Shown: piece by piece, positions 13,381-28,112 of the stretch
How the letters are laid out: every line of letters begins with the position of its first letter
Position numbering within the stretch: the first letter of the stretch is position 1
Program-made: the position numbers and the translations under genes
Notes under the pieces: model-generated
What the model was told of the DNA's origin: nothing
The model's database searches: none
What the model saw: the letters and a program-made list of their open reading frames with translations, nothing else
Assembly: GCF_009914755.1 (NCBI RefSeq)
Contig: NC_060927.1
Length of the DNA stretch: 64,000 nt
Reading direction: 5' to 3' (one strand)
From: the human T2T-CHM13v2.0 reference genome, Homo sapiens

Positions 13381-14539
13381 CTTACTGTTGAACTGCCACA
13401 CTTTGGGTATGTCCCAAGCAAGAAGAGCAAAAGAGAAGTTTGGCTTTGGTGATCTCAAGTTGTGTGCATGTGTGTGTTTCTGTGTGAATGTATGCTTATT
13501 TTCATTCTTTTTTCAATCTCTTGCTCTAGTCCCCCAATTCTTTGCACCCATATACACCTTTTACCTATCCTACCAGTTTTCTTAATCTTAATTATCTTGT
13601 CACCTACCTGAGAAATTAATTCATGAGCACGTGTTAAGAATTTAATAATTTAACTTTCCCTAGACTATTTGCATTTTAAAAGGAAATAAAGAGTGAGACA
13701 CTGATAAAAATGTACCAGTCCTTCAAGAAGGAGTAGGTCAAGATATTTTCTGGAAGAAGACAAAATGATAATTCGGGGACCATAAATCCCAGTTCTTTTC
13801 ACAGAACAGGTGAACACAAAAACTCAAACATTCAGACTACTCTCAGATACATATGGATTAGAGGAGGAAGGAGAGCCCAGGCTGATTCTGTTTGAGATTG
13901 CCCAAACACGCATGTTTGGGTCTCAAAATGGAAAATGTTCCTGGCCTTTGAGGAACAAAAACTTTTGTGTGTCACCGAGGCCCAAAGGCAGGGCTGGACT
14001 CAGGAGAGGGAGCAAGATGAAGCATAGTCTTCCCCCGCAATGTCACCTCATGCACCCCGCCAGCCCAGGGTAAGCAGGCACAGCCTCTCTGTCTGCACGT
14101 GTCACCCATTCCACAGCAGACCCTGATGTACAAGCTCAGGATTTCTGTAGCATTCAAAGCAGATCAACCTATACTACAAGCTTCGTAGTGAACAGGAAAC
14201 AGTCTTTCTACCCTTGCATTTCAGCATAGAAATGCAGGCTGCAAAGGTTGGGGAGACCAGAGAAGGGGAAACTGTAGAGTATCACCATGGTAACTACCTT
14301 CTGGCATCATTTTTTCCCTCAGACCAAGCCCATCCCCAAGATCCTAGCCCTTTCTGGAGTGATAGCCCTGTGCAGAAAGGACCATGCACTGTGCAACTCT
14401 CTCATATATCATGCTCAAGTGGTTTTTCCTCCCTCCTCAATGCATAGTCTGAGTGTTTGTCCTTCTGTAGTTTTCTGTTAACCAGACTAGTCATGGTCTC
14501 TGTTTCCATTTCACCAACTGCTACCTCATTCCCACTCCC

Positions 14540-14675
14540 CAAATAGAATATAATAAACTCCATGAAAGCTAGGAATTTTGATTATGTTTTTAGCTGATGT
14601 ATTCTCAGTGCATGGAACTGTGTCTGGTACACAGTAGGTACTCAATAAACATTTGTTTAATAAGGGAAAGAATAA
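14540..14675 (+). mobile_element. L2 3' end
   Basis: tgtgtctggtacacagtaggtactcaataaacatttg. Confidence 0.75.
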
Positions 14676-15751
14676 ATTTATACATTTATCAGAAAACGCA
14701 TAGCTTAGCTTTAATACAGACACCCATCAGCATTTGACCAAATATTCCTAGTGAAACCATTGAAATTCCCATTCCTTGGCCACACATTAGGTTACAGCTA
14801 CAGCTTGTTGCTTACTGAGGTAAATACACAGGGCAAGGGCAAGTGTTGCCCTGTCTAGAAGGTCAACTTTCCCTTCCCAGAACTTTAAATCCAGATCTGA
14901 GTTTTTCTACCTTCTGAGTTTCTGGTGAGAGCCATAAAGTTAAAATGGGTTTGCTCATTCATTTATTCAATTAATATTTAGTGAGTCCTGATACACCAAA
15001 CACTCTTCTGGGTGCTGGAGCCAGAATAACGACTGAAACATAAACATGGAGTTTATGCTCTTTGGAGTCATGTATGAACAAGACAGGGTTTCTGCAATAA
15101 GATGCCCTGTACTCATTTTTTTTTTTTTTCCTGGGGATATTTAGCTAGTTGTATAACCAAAGAGGCTGCATTTTGCCTACAAACATTCCAGAGAGGGCTG
15201 AGGAGGGGAGCCTCTAATCCTTTGGTATAAAGAATTGGGAAATATTTATACAAAGGAAACTGGAGAGTGGCTTTAAAAAAAGAGAGTGCTGGCATTGACA
15301 GTCCTTATAAACGGGATAGCCAGAGGGCAGATGGGGGGACACTCAAGGACCTGAAAACCTAATGCCACTAACACGCTGATATGAATTAGTTTCTCAAGCA
15401 GGTGACTAGGGAGCAGATTTCAGTTTAAATCCCAGCTCTACTTTTTCTTAGCTCCTGGTCTTCAACAAATGCTCCTTAACCTCACTTGCAAAATGGAGGG
15501 ATGACACTGTTGCTCATCGCATAGGATTTAGTGAAGCCCAAGACCCAGTGCCTACCTCATAGTGGAAGCAAGACAAATCATAGTACTGGTGAACTGTTGA
15601 AGAATGAAAGGGAGCAAAGATGAAAGGGAGATGAGAAGGTCCCCACAGACAAATCTCAATTCTGGATTTTGCCAAAAACAGATCTTGTCCCTCCATAGAC
15701 ATTACTTCACTTGGGTTGGGTTTCATGCTCCATTTTGTCTTTCCCATTACA

Positions 15752-15937
15752 AAGGTGATTCTTGAACTTTAGTATCTATAAAAGCAAATATGGACACGTG
15801 TTAAAACGCAGTTTACAGAATTCAAACCTAAGAGACTGATGTTGTGAATCTGAGATCAGGCCCAGGGATCTATATTTTACAGTGGCAATTCAAGTAATTT
15901 TCTCACATGTTATTGCTAGATCCTACTTTGTAAAACT
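15752..15937. mobile_element. MER5-family DNA transposon relic
   Basis: ggcccagggatctatattttacag MER5-like core. Confidence 0.5.
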
Positions 15938-17366
15938 TTCAGAGGACTCCAAGACAGAGGTTATGTAAATTAATCTGAGACATAGAAGTGGCGATGCATT
16001 GTAAATAGAAGGCATAAGCAGAGGTTAATGTACAGAGTGTAGTAGTAATTATATTTAAGAGAGGCCTGGCTCAGGACTACCTCTGGAGTGAGTTGTCTGA
16101 TGAACACAGGCCCTGCTATTTTTCATCCTCTCAATAAAGCATCTCTCATTTTGAGAGCTTTCACTATGTGACTTAAAACTCTAAAGCTATCCCCAAGTAT
16201 CTAGATGTTTGATAGTCAGATGGTAGCCTGGATTTTCCTCTATTTATCTCAGTGATTCAGACTCATGTAGATGACCTTAATTGTCCAAGTCTTTACCACA
16301 ATTCTAGGCTTAGGCAAGTTATTTCTGTAATCAAGTAACTCTTCATAAATAACCAACTTCACAAAATTAGCAAGACAGGAAACAAGCAAGAGCAGACTGC
16401 CATAAGTAGTATATATTTCCATGTGGATAATTGCTGAGGACTATCTCTTCTCAGAATGTCAATGTAACGAGAGGAATCTATGTAGGAAAAGGGAACAAAA
16501 ACAAATGACAATAATGAAAAATATTTTTATAACTGGAAGGAAAATCTTGTAGTCCCAAATATAGTTAGCCACAGTAGGCCTGTTTAATAGTGAAGGGGAT
16601 ATCAATTAAATAAAAGCTTACTGGCAGTGCAATACCAATTAATCCTAAATGAAGGTACATTCTTTCAAAATGCAAAGTTGTGTCTTTAGGGTGCCAAAAT
16701 GCCCAGCTGAGTAGTAAAAAACCAAGCCACTAGGGTTGTTTTGTCTACATCCTTATTTCACAGGTCTTTTGTCTTCACTACATCCTTACATGTATACATT
16801 TTCTGCTATTGTCCATGGGCCATCCCCTAAAGCAAAAAGAAACTTGGAATAGCATTATGTATAGCAGTGTGGTAGACTGTAACAACATTGGTGGGCCCCA
16901 AGGACCCACACCTCTTGATATTCAGCCCTTCAGTAGTTCCTACCCACATGGAGTTGGAAACTCAGTGGTTTGGAAAATGAGATATTAGTAAGCATGACTC
17001 AAGCGAGGCCTAATATTTGCAGATTGAGCTTGTCTTTTGGAACATTTGCTTTTGAAAACCAGCTCCCACATTTTAAAGAAGCTTGATTTTGACAATGAAT
17101 AATGAGAAGACAAGTAGAGAGGGGCCCTGAAGCACCACCTTGGACATCCAGCCCCAGCTGACTCCCAGTTGAATGCAGCCACTTAAGTGACCTCAGCTGT
17201 CCTACATGAAGCACAAGAATGCTCAGCTGAACCAGTCAACCCACAGAATTGTGAGAAATAATAAATCATTAATGTTTTAAGCCATTGGGTTTCGGATAAT
17301 TTTTACATAGCAACAAATATTAACATAGCAATTCCCTACAAAAACCTAAAGGAAACGGCATTGAAT

Positions 17367-18322
17367 TGTCTTTCAATATACCTGGGATATATTTTGTTTG
17401 TTTGTTTGTTTTGTAATTCAAGTCCAAATGAAAGACAACAGAGATGTCAGGAAAAGACGATTGATTACCCACAGTTGTCAAGAGGAGATGGCATGCCATG
17501 CTATGCAGGGCCACATGGGGAAGCACCAGGGTCTGTCAGGAAGCAAAAGAAGTGAGGGTAAAGCATGGGCAAAAGTCCTTATTATGGTGTTCATGGTACT
17601 CAATGAGTGAGGCCGGCTGATTAGGCTAAGCAGGTTTAGGATTGCAGAATTTGAATGATTTTAGTGGGCTCTGGGGTGTAGGAGCTGTCCTGAGTTGTCT
17701 CATATTTATCCCTGGGGTGATTAGGGCAGTGAATGACAGGTGAAATCTTCATAAAGGAGTTAATTGGGGAGTGGGCCCTAGATTGCTTGGTATTATAGGT
17801 TGAATGCTTGTGTCACACCCAGAATTCATATGTTGAAGCCTTAACCCACAATGTGATGGAATTCAGAGTTTGGGCCTTTGGGAGGTAATTAGATTTAGAT
17901 GAGGTCATAAGTGTGGGGCCTCCCAGATGGAATTAGTGACCATTTAAGAAGAAGAAGAAGAGACCAGACCTTTTCCCTTCTCTGCCATGACAGGCTATGT
18001 GAGAAGGCAGCCATCTGCAAGCCAGGAAAAGAAGGCTTGCCAACAATCGGACCATGCTGGAACCCTGATCTTGGATTTCCCAGCCTCCCATGTGAAAAAT
18101 AAATGTTTGTTGTTTTAGCCACTCAGTCTATGATCTTTTGTTAGAATAGCCCAAGCAGACTAGGAAAGTTCTTTTGCATAGAAAAAGTGTGCTTTTGGGG
18201 GAATTTCTTGCTATCTCTAGGAATTAGCTAGCTCTGGAAGGGGCAGTCTCTCCTGTGTCAGCAAGGCCCTCAAGATGTCAAAGCATCATCAAATACAAAA
18301 TATAAAAGACATGATTAATACA
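17367..18322 (-). mobile_element. ERVL LTR (MER76-like) nested in the MLT1H internal region
   Basis: Minus-strand start TGTATTAATCATG..GATGCTTTGACATCTTGAGGGCCTTGCTGAC. Confidence 0.6.
17791..18165 (+). mobile_element. MLT1A-type solo LTR nested in the MER76-like LTR
   Basis: aattcatatgttgaagccttaa..gggcctttgggaggtaattag..aaataaatgtttgttgttttagccactcagtctatg. Confidence 0.8.
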
Positions 18323-20079
18323 GGATTTGGGACTAGATAGAAGATGGAGGCCTGAAAAGTGAGGAAATGATGGGTAGAGGCTGGAAGACCAGTAAAATTT
18401 CTACTGAAGGCTAGAGAAAAAGGAACCTGTGTTATATATTAGTAGAAAAATGAAGGAGATTGTCACCTGTGGTAACGTAGAAGGCAAGATAAAAGAAAAT
18501 AACTAGTAACTTGAAATTTTAGCTAAAGAGATTTCCAAGCAAAACACTGAATGTGTCAACTGGTTTTTTAAGTTATCTGTGATAAGATATTGCAAGAAAA
18601 ACGGAGAGAAGCTAGAGTACTATTGAGTTTTCGACAGAATTTAAAGAAAATATTTCCAGCTCAGGACTTTCTGGGTTAGACAATACAACTGTCTCTCATT
18701 TTTTCTATCTCCAGCTGGCAAAATTTTTTAAAGTAAGAAATGTCCTCAGGTATAACGATCAACTCTATGGGGCTATCAGTAAAATGAGGCCTAAGAGTAA
18801 ATATCAGGTCAAAGATTTACAACCTCTCAGCTAGAAAAAGAATCTCTTCTGAAGATCTCATGGACATTTTACGCAACATACTTACTCTCAGCCCAAATTA
18901 GGGAGAGACCTACGTAAAGAGATTTGTGTGTGCAAGATTTTGTGTAATGCAATGCATTTTAAATTTTAAATTTGATATATAGAAAGCCCATACCATTTTT
19001 AAAGGAGTTGTATCAGCTTGGATACAAAGGGACAGGTCAAAATGAAAAGAAGCCTCTGAGTCACCAACTTACTCTCAGCAGGAAATGGCCTGAGAGTACT
19101 ACTCAGCTGCAGGCATGAGCCGTTCTTTAGGGAAAGGAAAGCCATCTCACAAAGTGGAGTCAAGAACTCAGAAGATCAGAGTTGAAAAGAGCAATGGATT
19201 CAGAAACTGCTCTCAGGAAGCACAACAAACATTTCCTTTTCCCAAGTGACATGTGCTCAGTGGATGACAGAATTGCTATGGGGGCAATAGTTGTGTACCT
19301 CTGGCCCTCCTCCTCACTTACATTTTTGGAAAGGAAATGTCTACTGCAGTGATTATTTCTCTTTTTTATCATTGAACGTTGGATGAGTGGGGGCAGATTT
19401 CTTGTTTTACTTCACATTTCTCTGTACCTGAGGAACCACACCCCAGGGCTGTCATCTATGCAAAATTGTAACTGTCACCTTGTAACAATAAAGTTGGAAC
19501 TGAAACTAATTTATATGCCAAGAGGCTAGATGCCAAGCCTGAACCGGATGCTAAAGTAAAGACATTTTGTGGGTCCTGGAAAGAAGGTAAGTATAATTTG
19601 AATGTAGGAAAGACATGAATAATTGAGGGCCTGAAGGCAGACTGTGGTGGTCTGTCACATTGGTGGCCCCCAATGATCCATGCTTCCCAAGAGTCACACG
19701 CCTGTGTAGTCCCCTCCCACATTGTCTCAGGGATCATCCATGTGACTCTTGTTAGCCAATGAGATTTTAGCAAAATGATGGAAGAAGAGGTTTGATAAGC
19801 ACTTGCAGTGTGGGGCTTGAACTCTTGGTCCATTCCTTCCTGGAAGCCATATTCCATGAGTTGAAAGAGCTCAGATCAGACTGATGAATCATCAGAAGCT
19901 ATGTGGAGAGAGGCCTTGGAGGATAAGGAGCCACCCTTGATGTTCCGCCTGTAGTTAAACTATCAGCTAAATGCAACCACATAAGTGACCTCAGTTGTGC
20001 TATGGAACAGAAAAACTGCTCTGCTGAGTCAGTCAACTCCAAGAATTGTGAGAAATGATATAGCCATGTTGTTTTAAGC

Positions 20080-20282
20080 CAGAAATTTGCAAACTATAGC
20101 CTTGCAGGCCAAATTTGGCCTGCTACCTATTTGTAAACAAAGTTTTACTGAAACACTGGCAGGCTCATTTGTTTACATCTTATCTATGGCTGTTTTTGCA
20201 TTACAATGGCAGAGACTATATGACCCATAAACCTGAAAATGTCTACTTTACAGTTTCTATAGAAAATGTTAGTCGACCCCTG
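20080..20282. mobile_element. MER58A hAT MITE nested in the MLT1H 3' LTR
   Basis: gcaaactatagcc..ggccaaatttggcc..aaagttttactgaaacac..gacccctg. Confidence 0.75.
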
Positions 20283-20629
20283 TCAAACTTCAGCAGTGGT
20301 TTGTTATACAACAGTATATAAATGGAGCAAGTGGCTAGAGAAAAGTGTAAGTCTTTACTAAGTGAGTATAGGATACAATAAGAGAGGCAAAGGGAAGAAG
20401 AGAAATAAGAATACAAGAGAGAACAAATGCCCAAAGGGGGAGATGAGATGCGGGAGGAGATGTGACCAAAAGAATGAGAAGATGAGGAGAAGGCAGAGGG
20501 AGAGAAATAAGAGGAAGAAGAACATCTCCTGAGGAAAAGGTATAATAATCGAATTGTGTTTGAAACTTGAAATTATTTAGTCAGTAACTATGAAGTCATG
20601 TTTTGTTTTGTAGGTGGTCAGTGTTTATA

Positions 20630-21162
20630 CTGTAGTTAGTAAAAGGATCAGTGCTATTTGTTAGCACAATATCCATTTTCCCTTAATCTGTGCCTCAGAG
20701 CTATGGGGTTGTTTGTTAAGTATAAAATATGCTCAGCTAAAATATGAATGACCCCATACTTCCTCCAGCTATGAGTGGTCATGTGACTCAGTTTCCCCGG
20801 AGATATAAGCAGAAATCACTGGAGGGTCTTTATGGAAAGTCTCTTAAAAGTGGACAGACAACTGGCTTTTCAATTCCTTTTGCCCTTAGCTTTTGTCATT
20901 TCACTTTCCTGCCTGGAACATTGATGATTTGCAAAATTGTAACCGTCATCTTGTAACCACAAAGATGGAAGCCCTGGCTAGAGATGGAGAAAGAAGATAC
21001 AATGAACCTCAATTCGTAAGAGCACCTTTGAATGGCCACATCAGCCTTGGACTATCTACCTTGATATTTTTTGTTACATGAGATAAAGGAGTCCCATCTC
21101 TGTTTATGCCACTATTTTTCAGGTTTTTTTACTTACAGCAAAAATAAATCATAACTGATATG
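20630..21162 (+). mobile_element. Old MaLR LTR (MLT1J-like)
   Basis: ggtcatgtgactcagtt..gagatataagcagaa; ttatgccactatttttcagg end motif. Confidence 0.6.
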
Positions 21163-21604
21163 GATAACACTTGCCTTTCCTCAGTTATCCAGCTCTATCT
21201 TCGGAGAGTTGGCAGACGGAAGGATGAAGAATAGGGATACAACATGAGAACTGCTCTCTTTTTCTCTGTAGCTATAATTTACTGTTGATCAAGCAGCCCT
21301 TGCTTTTATCATTTTACAAGTGATAAAGAGTAGGTGCATTCTTCTGATACTTTGGCTTGTTGTGAGTGAGAAATAGAAATTAGACTTAATTGCTGACAAA
21401 ATTACGTTAGACTGCTTAAACTAATGTACTATAAATTGTCCCTAAATTGCATGTTCCTTGTAATACACTACTCGGGTCGATAGAAAATTTTTCATGTTTT
21501 ATTGTGGAAAGATCTATGGTACAATTAGATCAAGTACTCTCTCTCTGTCTTATCATTTTTAAAACCCGTGAATTGACTGATTGAATCTGTCAATGACTTT
21601 CAAA

Positions 21605-22686
<1,082 letters not shown>

Positions 22687-22809
22687 TTCTCATTCATTTT
22701 TCTTCCTCTAGCTGACCATAGCAATGATATATACACAAAGTCTAGAGTATTTTCTCCAGCAGTTAATGAGATGAGTATGAACTTCAAAAAATTCTCAACT
22801 CTTACATCT

Positions 22810-23155
22810 TGATATGCTTTGGTTGTGTCCTCAACAAAATTTCAACTTGAATTGTATCTTCCAGAATTCCCATGTGTTGTGGGAGGCACCCAGGGGGAGG
22901 TAGTTGAATTATGGGGGCTGGTCTTTCCCATGCTATTCTTGTGATAGTGAATAAGTCTCAAGAGATCTGATGAGTTTATCAGGGGTTTCCATTTTTGCTT
23001 CTCCTTCACTTTTTCTTGCCGCCGCCATGTAAGAAGTGCCTTTGCCATGATTCTGGGGCCTCCCCAGCCATGTGGAACTGTAAGTCCAATTAGACCTCTT
23101 TTTCTTCCCAGTCTCTAGTATGTCTTTATCAGCAGCATGAAAATGGACTAATACA
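22810..23155 (+). mobile_element. THE1 (THE1A-like) solo LTR
   Basis: TGATATG...GGACTAATACA termini; TSD catct/caact. Confidence 0.9.
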
Positions 23156-23276
23156 CAACTGTAAGAAGAAGCAATGGTAGCCAATTTAAAACTCTTCAGA
23201 TAATCCTTGTATTATCAGTATAAAATTCAGATAATCCATGCTACATTATCATTATAAAATTCAGATAATCCATGCT

Positions 23277-23490
23277 ACCCAAGACTGGGTAATTTATAAA
23301 GAAAAAGATGTTTAATGGACTCAGTTCCACATGGTTAGGGAGGCCTCACAATCACGATGGAAGACGAAAGGCACATCCTACATTGGTGGCAGGCAAGAGA
23401 GAGAATGAAATCCAAGAGAAAGGGGTTTCCCATTATAAAACCATCAGATCTCGTGAGACTTATTCACTACCATGAGAACAGTATCGGGGA
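23277..23490 (-). mobile_element. THE1B-like LTR internal fragment
   Basis: aagactgggtaatttataaagaaaaag..ccatcagatctcgtgagacttattcactaccatgagaacag; both termini missing. Confidence 0.85.
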
Positions 23491-23607
23491 CGGTCTTTTA
23501 AATTATGGAGATGATTCTTTAGTTAATGTATACTAATTATAAGAGGAAATCTATACAGGGACAACAGTTTGGGTCAACTAAGCTAACTGGAGTTCTGCTC
23601 TGTAGAA

Positions 23608-23951
23608 GAGGGGTCCTCAACACCAGGGCTGTGGACGGGTACTGGTCTGTGGCCTGTTAGGAACTCGCCACACAGCAGGAAGTGAGCAGCGGGGGAGCCA
23701 GCATTACCACCTCAGCTCTGCCTCCTGTCAAATCAGTGGCAGCATTAGATTCTCATAGGAACGCTAACCCTATTGTGAATTGCGAATGTGAGGGATTCAG
23801 ATTGCACACTTCTTATGAGAATATAACCAGTGCTTGATGATCTAAGGTGGAACAGTTTCATCCTGAAACCATGCCCATGCCCCACTCTCCGTGGAAAAAA
23901 ATGTTTTCCACAAAATCTGTCCCTGGTGCCAAAAAAGGTTGGGGACCACTG
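23608..23951. mobile_element. MER1B hAT-Charlie MITE
   Basis: TIRs gaggggtcctcaac / gttggggaccactg; 8-bp TSD ctgtagaa / ttctagaa. Confidence 0.88.
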
Positions 23952-24379
23952 TTCTAGAAGAGACAACCCAGAAGTCCGAGATTTTGAGACTAAAAGTCTT
24001 CTCAGGCTGTCAAATGTGTTAAAGCTACTTCCAGGGAGCTGTCCAGACCATGGATAGATTCTGTCTGAAGTGCTCTCTTATACATCCAGAGCCACCCACC
24101 CATCTGACTGCCTTGCCTGGAACTTTGTCTCTCTGACTTCAAGCACCCTTAATAACAGCTGCCCACCCTGACCCCATCAGATCCACATCTGTCCATCATT
24201 AATCCTTATAATCAGTTTCCTGATCCAATTGGTTGTCCATGACTTTATCTGACCTCAACTATCATCCATTCCAGTAGCATAACATGAGGCAATTGCACAT
24301 TGCATCCATACTAAAGTTGTTGCAGTGAGTCCCCTACTGTTATTATTTTAACTATGATAACTGCCATAAAAAATGCACT

Positions 24380-24448
24380 CATATATATGTATTCACACAC
24401 ATACACACACACACATATACATACACACACACATATACATACACACAC
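24380..24448. repeat. (TA)/(CA) compound microsatellite
   Basis: Directly visible. Confidence 0.9.
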
Positions 24449-27400
24449 CAATAATGCAACACTCAAAAGTTATCAGGTTATAAGAAAAAAGATTAATAGA
24501 AAATGGAGATAATTCTGATCCAGCTTTCTTTTTAAAAAAGAAGCTATATTTTTTATATAAAACATTCTCTTCAGTCAAAAGTCTTTTCAGGAAACAAAAG
24601 TTTTACAAAATTATTTTCTGTGACTACATGTACCAAGCGTTTTGTCAATTCTAATCATTTCATTTAAAAAATCAGAAAAAAAGTTAATTTTTCCCCAAAT
24701 TCACACAAAAAGACAACTATTAGTTTACCAAAAATTTCACTTCTGGCTAATGAAGTGTTGTGTACGCTCAGCCTAGAAAAGCTGAGAGCAAAGCAAGTGT
24801 TAAAGCAGTGGAATCTGACCACTATGAAAAGATACGCAATATTAAAGCTGGATATTCAGTTAAGGAGAATTCATGAGGGAAAGAAACAGACCAATCCACT
24901 TGCAAGATATGAGATGGCATATCTAGAATAGATGGTTAAGTATTTGGATGTGGATTACAGCTAATCTAAAAATACATAGGTGGGTATATATTTAAGCTAA
25001 GTACATTTAGGTAAATGCAAAAACGTCAGATGCATTTATTATATCTTTGCTAATGTGTAAAATGTGTAATTTATACTAGTGTTTTGCTTGAGTTAATGCT
25101 TTCAAAGAGAAGTAAGCAAATTAGAAGGCTCATACAAATGTAGCAGAGAAAACTGAAACAGAAAAAAATAGTTTTTCTAATAAGACATAAGAAATAACTA
25201 GGGATATAAAATGAAAGCTGGCTAAAAAAATAAGTACCGATTGCTTTAAAAATCTGTCCTAATAGAATAAATGAAGAAAAGTAAAATCAACAGAAACAGT
25301 AATAAGCAAAGTTGAAGATAAAAACTTGGTGAGTTGAGTATTTCTAAGCAATTGGAATGAGGGAAATGCATGTGAATCACAAAAGGCATAAAAACTAGGA
25401 GCCAGCATATGCTTGGCAATCTTGTCTGTGTAGCTTTACTGAACTGATCAAAACACTGCCAATTTATTTTGTTTTGCTTTCTGCCATTGTAATGGATAGT
25501 TACTGAGCAATTGATTGTATCGTTGTGCACTTGGTTGGATTTAGTCATTAAGATGGATGAAATGATTGGAGCAAGTGTTTCATGGTCTGGCGATCTTAGT
25601 CACCTTAACGACCCAATTGAATTGACCATAAAGAAGCCTGACTGCCATGCATTCTCTCCATCTTCAATGGATATATTCTTATGATCCATAAAGGACAGTT
25701 TTCATGTTGCCTCTATTTCTTAAAAAGGCCCTGAAAACTAAGTTGACACTAAAGAAAGTCTAAAATGAACATAAACTAATAACACAACTATATTAAGACA
25801 TAAATCTGTAAGCATATTGTAGATAAAGAATTTAAAAATAGCACCTACAACTGATATGCTTTAAAAAAGAAAAAGGTACAAGATAAAACTTCCACTATGG
25901 AATCATATGGAATCATTAAATTGAGATTTGTAGATCCCTACATGCCTTTTTCCATCCTCCACCCACAGTATAATTTTAGGTCGAACATTAAGTGTAAATT
26001 GGATTTTAGCAACTGCCCGGTATGGTGTCCTGATCTCCCAACTGCATTCAACAGAGCTTCAAGCCTATAGGCTTAGCCCTGTCTCCCATCCTGAGGCAGT
26101 GCTTATTGAGGCTGGTGAGGTCTTGAAATAAATCTAGACACCTAGACTGGAGGCCTGAAAATTTATCTATGACTGCTAGGGTTTTTTCATGGCTTACAAC
26201 TATCTTTTCCTGCCCATTTGACCCAAAAACTGTAATTTCAGAGTGAATTGTAGGTGTCCTTGCAGCCCATGTTAGAGTACTCCCCCTGATAATTAGCCCT
26301 GGCTGTGTTATCTTACTTCTGCTTAACTTACTTCTTTTTCGTTTGTGACCAGTTACCATGAGACAGGCATCCCTCTCCCTATGCCCAGAGCCCAATTCTG
26401 CACTGTAGTATATCTGGCTAGAGCCTGGATCCCACCTGGCACCTGTCAGCGCTCCACCCCAGGAACTGGAGCTTTGCCTGAACTCATCCTTCTGGAGGGG
26501 ATTCTGCAACATATGGGCACGTCACCCAGAACCATGACTGCCACCTGCCTGGCTCCCAAGGGCTCACCCACTGCTGTGCTCTGTCCTACCACATTGGACC
26601 TAGTGTCCAAGATTGCCTGAACCATGCCTGAGCCTGCTCCATGCTTTTCAGCTGGGCTTTGTCCTTGCCATTTTGGGAACTAACCTTACAGTTCCATCTC
26701 CTTGGCTTCTGCTCCACTAGTCTGATGCTTCTAATATCTGACATCTTTCTCATACCAAACCCCTTCATACCTCAACCTACTAGAAGTAACATCAAACCGG
26801 AGGCCCAGAAGCCAGTTTCTAGCATTATTTCAAACACTAACTAGTCGTTTTTAATTTTTCAGTCTCAGTTATCTGAACAATAAAATAAAGGGTGTTGGAG
26901 CACAATGCCAGATGCTCCATTTGATTTTGATCTTCATTTATTCTACAGAAAGGCTTAATATTTGGTTTAGATAAGTGAAGAAATTGTAAAATGAGCATTC
27001 ATAAAGTTGGTGAGAAATGTTCCCGTTAGGATGACATAAAGGTCAATATTATACATTCTGATTTGGTTCTATTTAGTGTTATATTCATGATCCAGAAGGG
27101 AGTATGCGGCACCCAGTGAAATTATGTTAAAATTTAACTTATTGAAGACAAAATAATATAAATGGACCTAAAGTGCTTAGAAGACAGGTAGAAAACATTA
27201 GTGTTTGGGCTATAAAAATGCCAGCGAATATATCAGGGAAAATGTTATTCAAATAGATGTTACATAGGTGAGAAATACAGTAGAATCCATGTCCAAACTA
27301 TTCAAAGACAAGTTCCATAAAAATTTTGAATTAAGAAAGCAATGGAGTAATATAAGATGAAAAACAATTCTAACTGGGAAACAGAACAATGATTAGAGAA

Positions 27401-27449
27401 TGACACCTGATTTTATCCCCTATGGCAACCAGGAGCTGTTTTCCAACCC

Positions 27450-28112
27450 CCTCTCTCTTGCTTTCCTTCAGCTATTGAACACAGTGGGGGAAAAAGCAAG
27501 ATACTTACTTTTCCAACCTCCCTGCTGTCCAGGTATGATCGTTCAACTCAATTCTGACCAATGCAGCACAGGGTAGATTGCTGGGAGGATTCTGGAGAAG
27601 CTGTTACTTTCTTACAAAAGGGCCATGTATTGGTCCTCCCACTTCCTCTCTTACCTGCCTGAAAAGCATCTATAATAACTGGAGCTGCAGCAGCCGTTTT
27701 ACCTTGAGAGACAACACCCATAGGATGGAAGGAAGGCAGAGAGGGGGAAGGCACACACACACTAAATGGTTAAAGATGTCCGAGCATACAAAAGTAAAGA
27801 GCTTGGGTCCCTGACGATGCCATCCATGAGATGAATGAATGCAAGCAATTACTTACCACTATGCTTCTTATTATACAATAATGTTCAACTCTTATTTTTA
27901 TTTTTTTATTGTATTTTATTTTTTTAGAAACATGGTTTCATTATGTTGTCCAGACTGGACTCAAACTCCTGGGCTTAAATGATACTCCCATCTCAGCCTC
28001 TTGAGTAGCTGAGACTACAGGTTCACCCCATTGTACCCTGCTTCAATTCTTAATTTTTTAAGTCATTATTAATTGGGTTCAGTAACTTATAGCTCTAAAG
28101 CCTTCCTGGTAC
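27450..28112 (+). mobile_element. Old MaLR LTR (MLT1K-like) containing a minus-strand FLAM/Alu monomer (~27893-28042)
   Basis: ctggagctgcagcagccgtttt MLT motif; monomer flanked by ttcaactctta / ttcaattctta. Confidence 0.65.

Larger units (their letters stand above)
16868..20329 (+). mobile_element. MaLR provirus (MLT1H-like): 5' LTR ~16868-17330, internal region, 3' LTR ~19643-20329
   Basis: Two homologous LTRs (tgtgg..acattggtgg..cccc; aagtgacctcag..agaattgtgagaaat..ttttaagcc) flanking MLT-int-like sequence. Confidence 0.75.

Noticed and set aside
26048-26512. Longest ORF (154 aa, minus strand) in a GC-richer patch
   Set aside because: No recognisable domain, promoter or splice structure; length is plausible by chance. 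The patch may be an old LTR I cannot name
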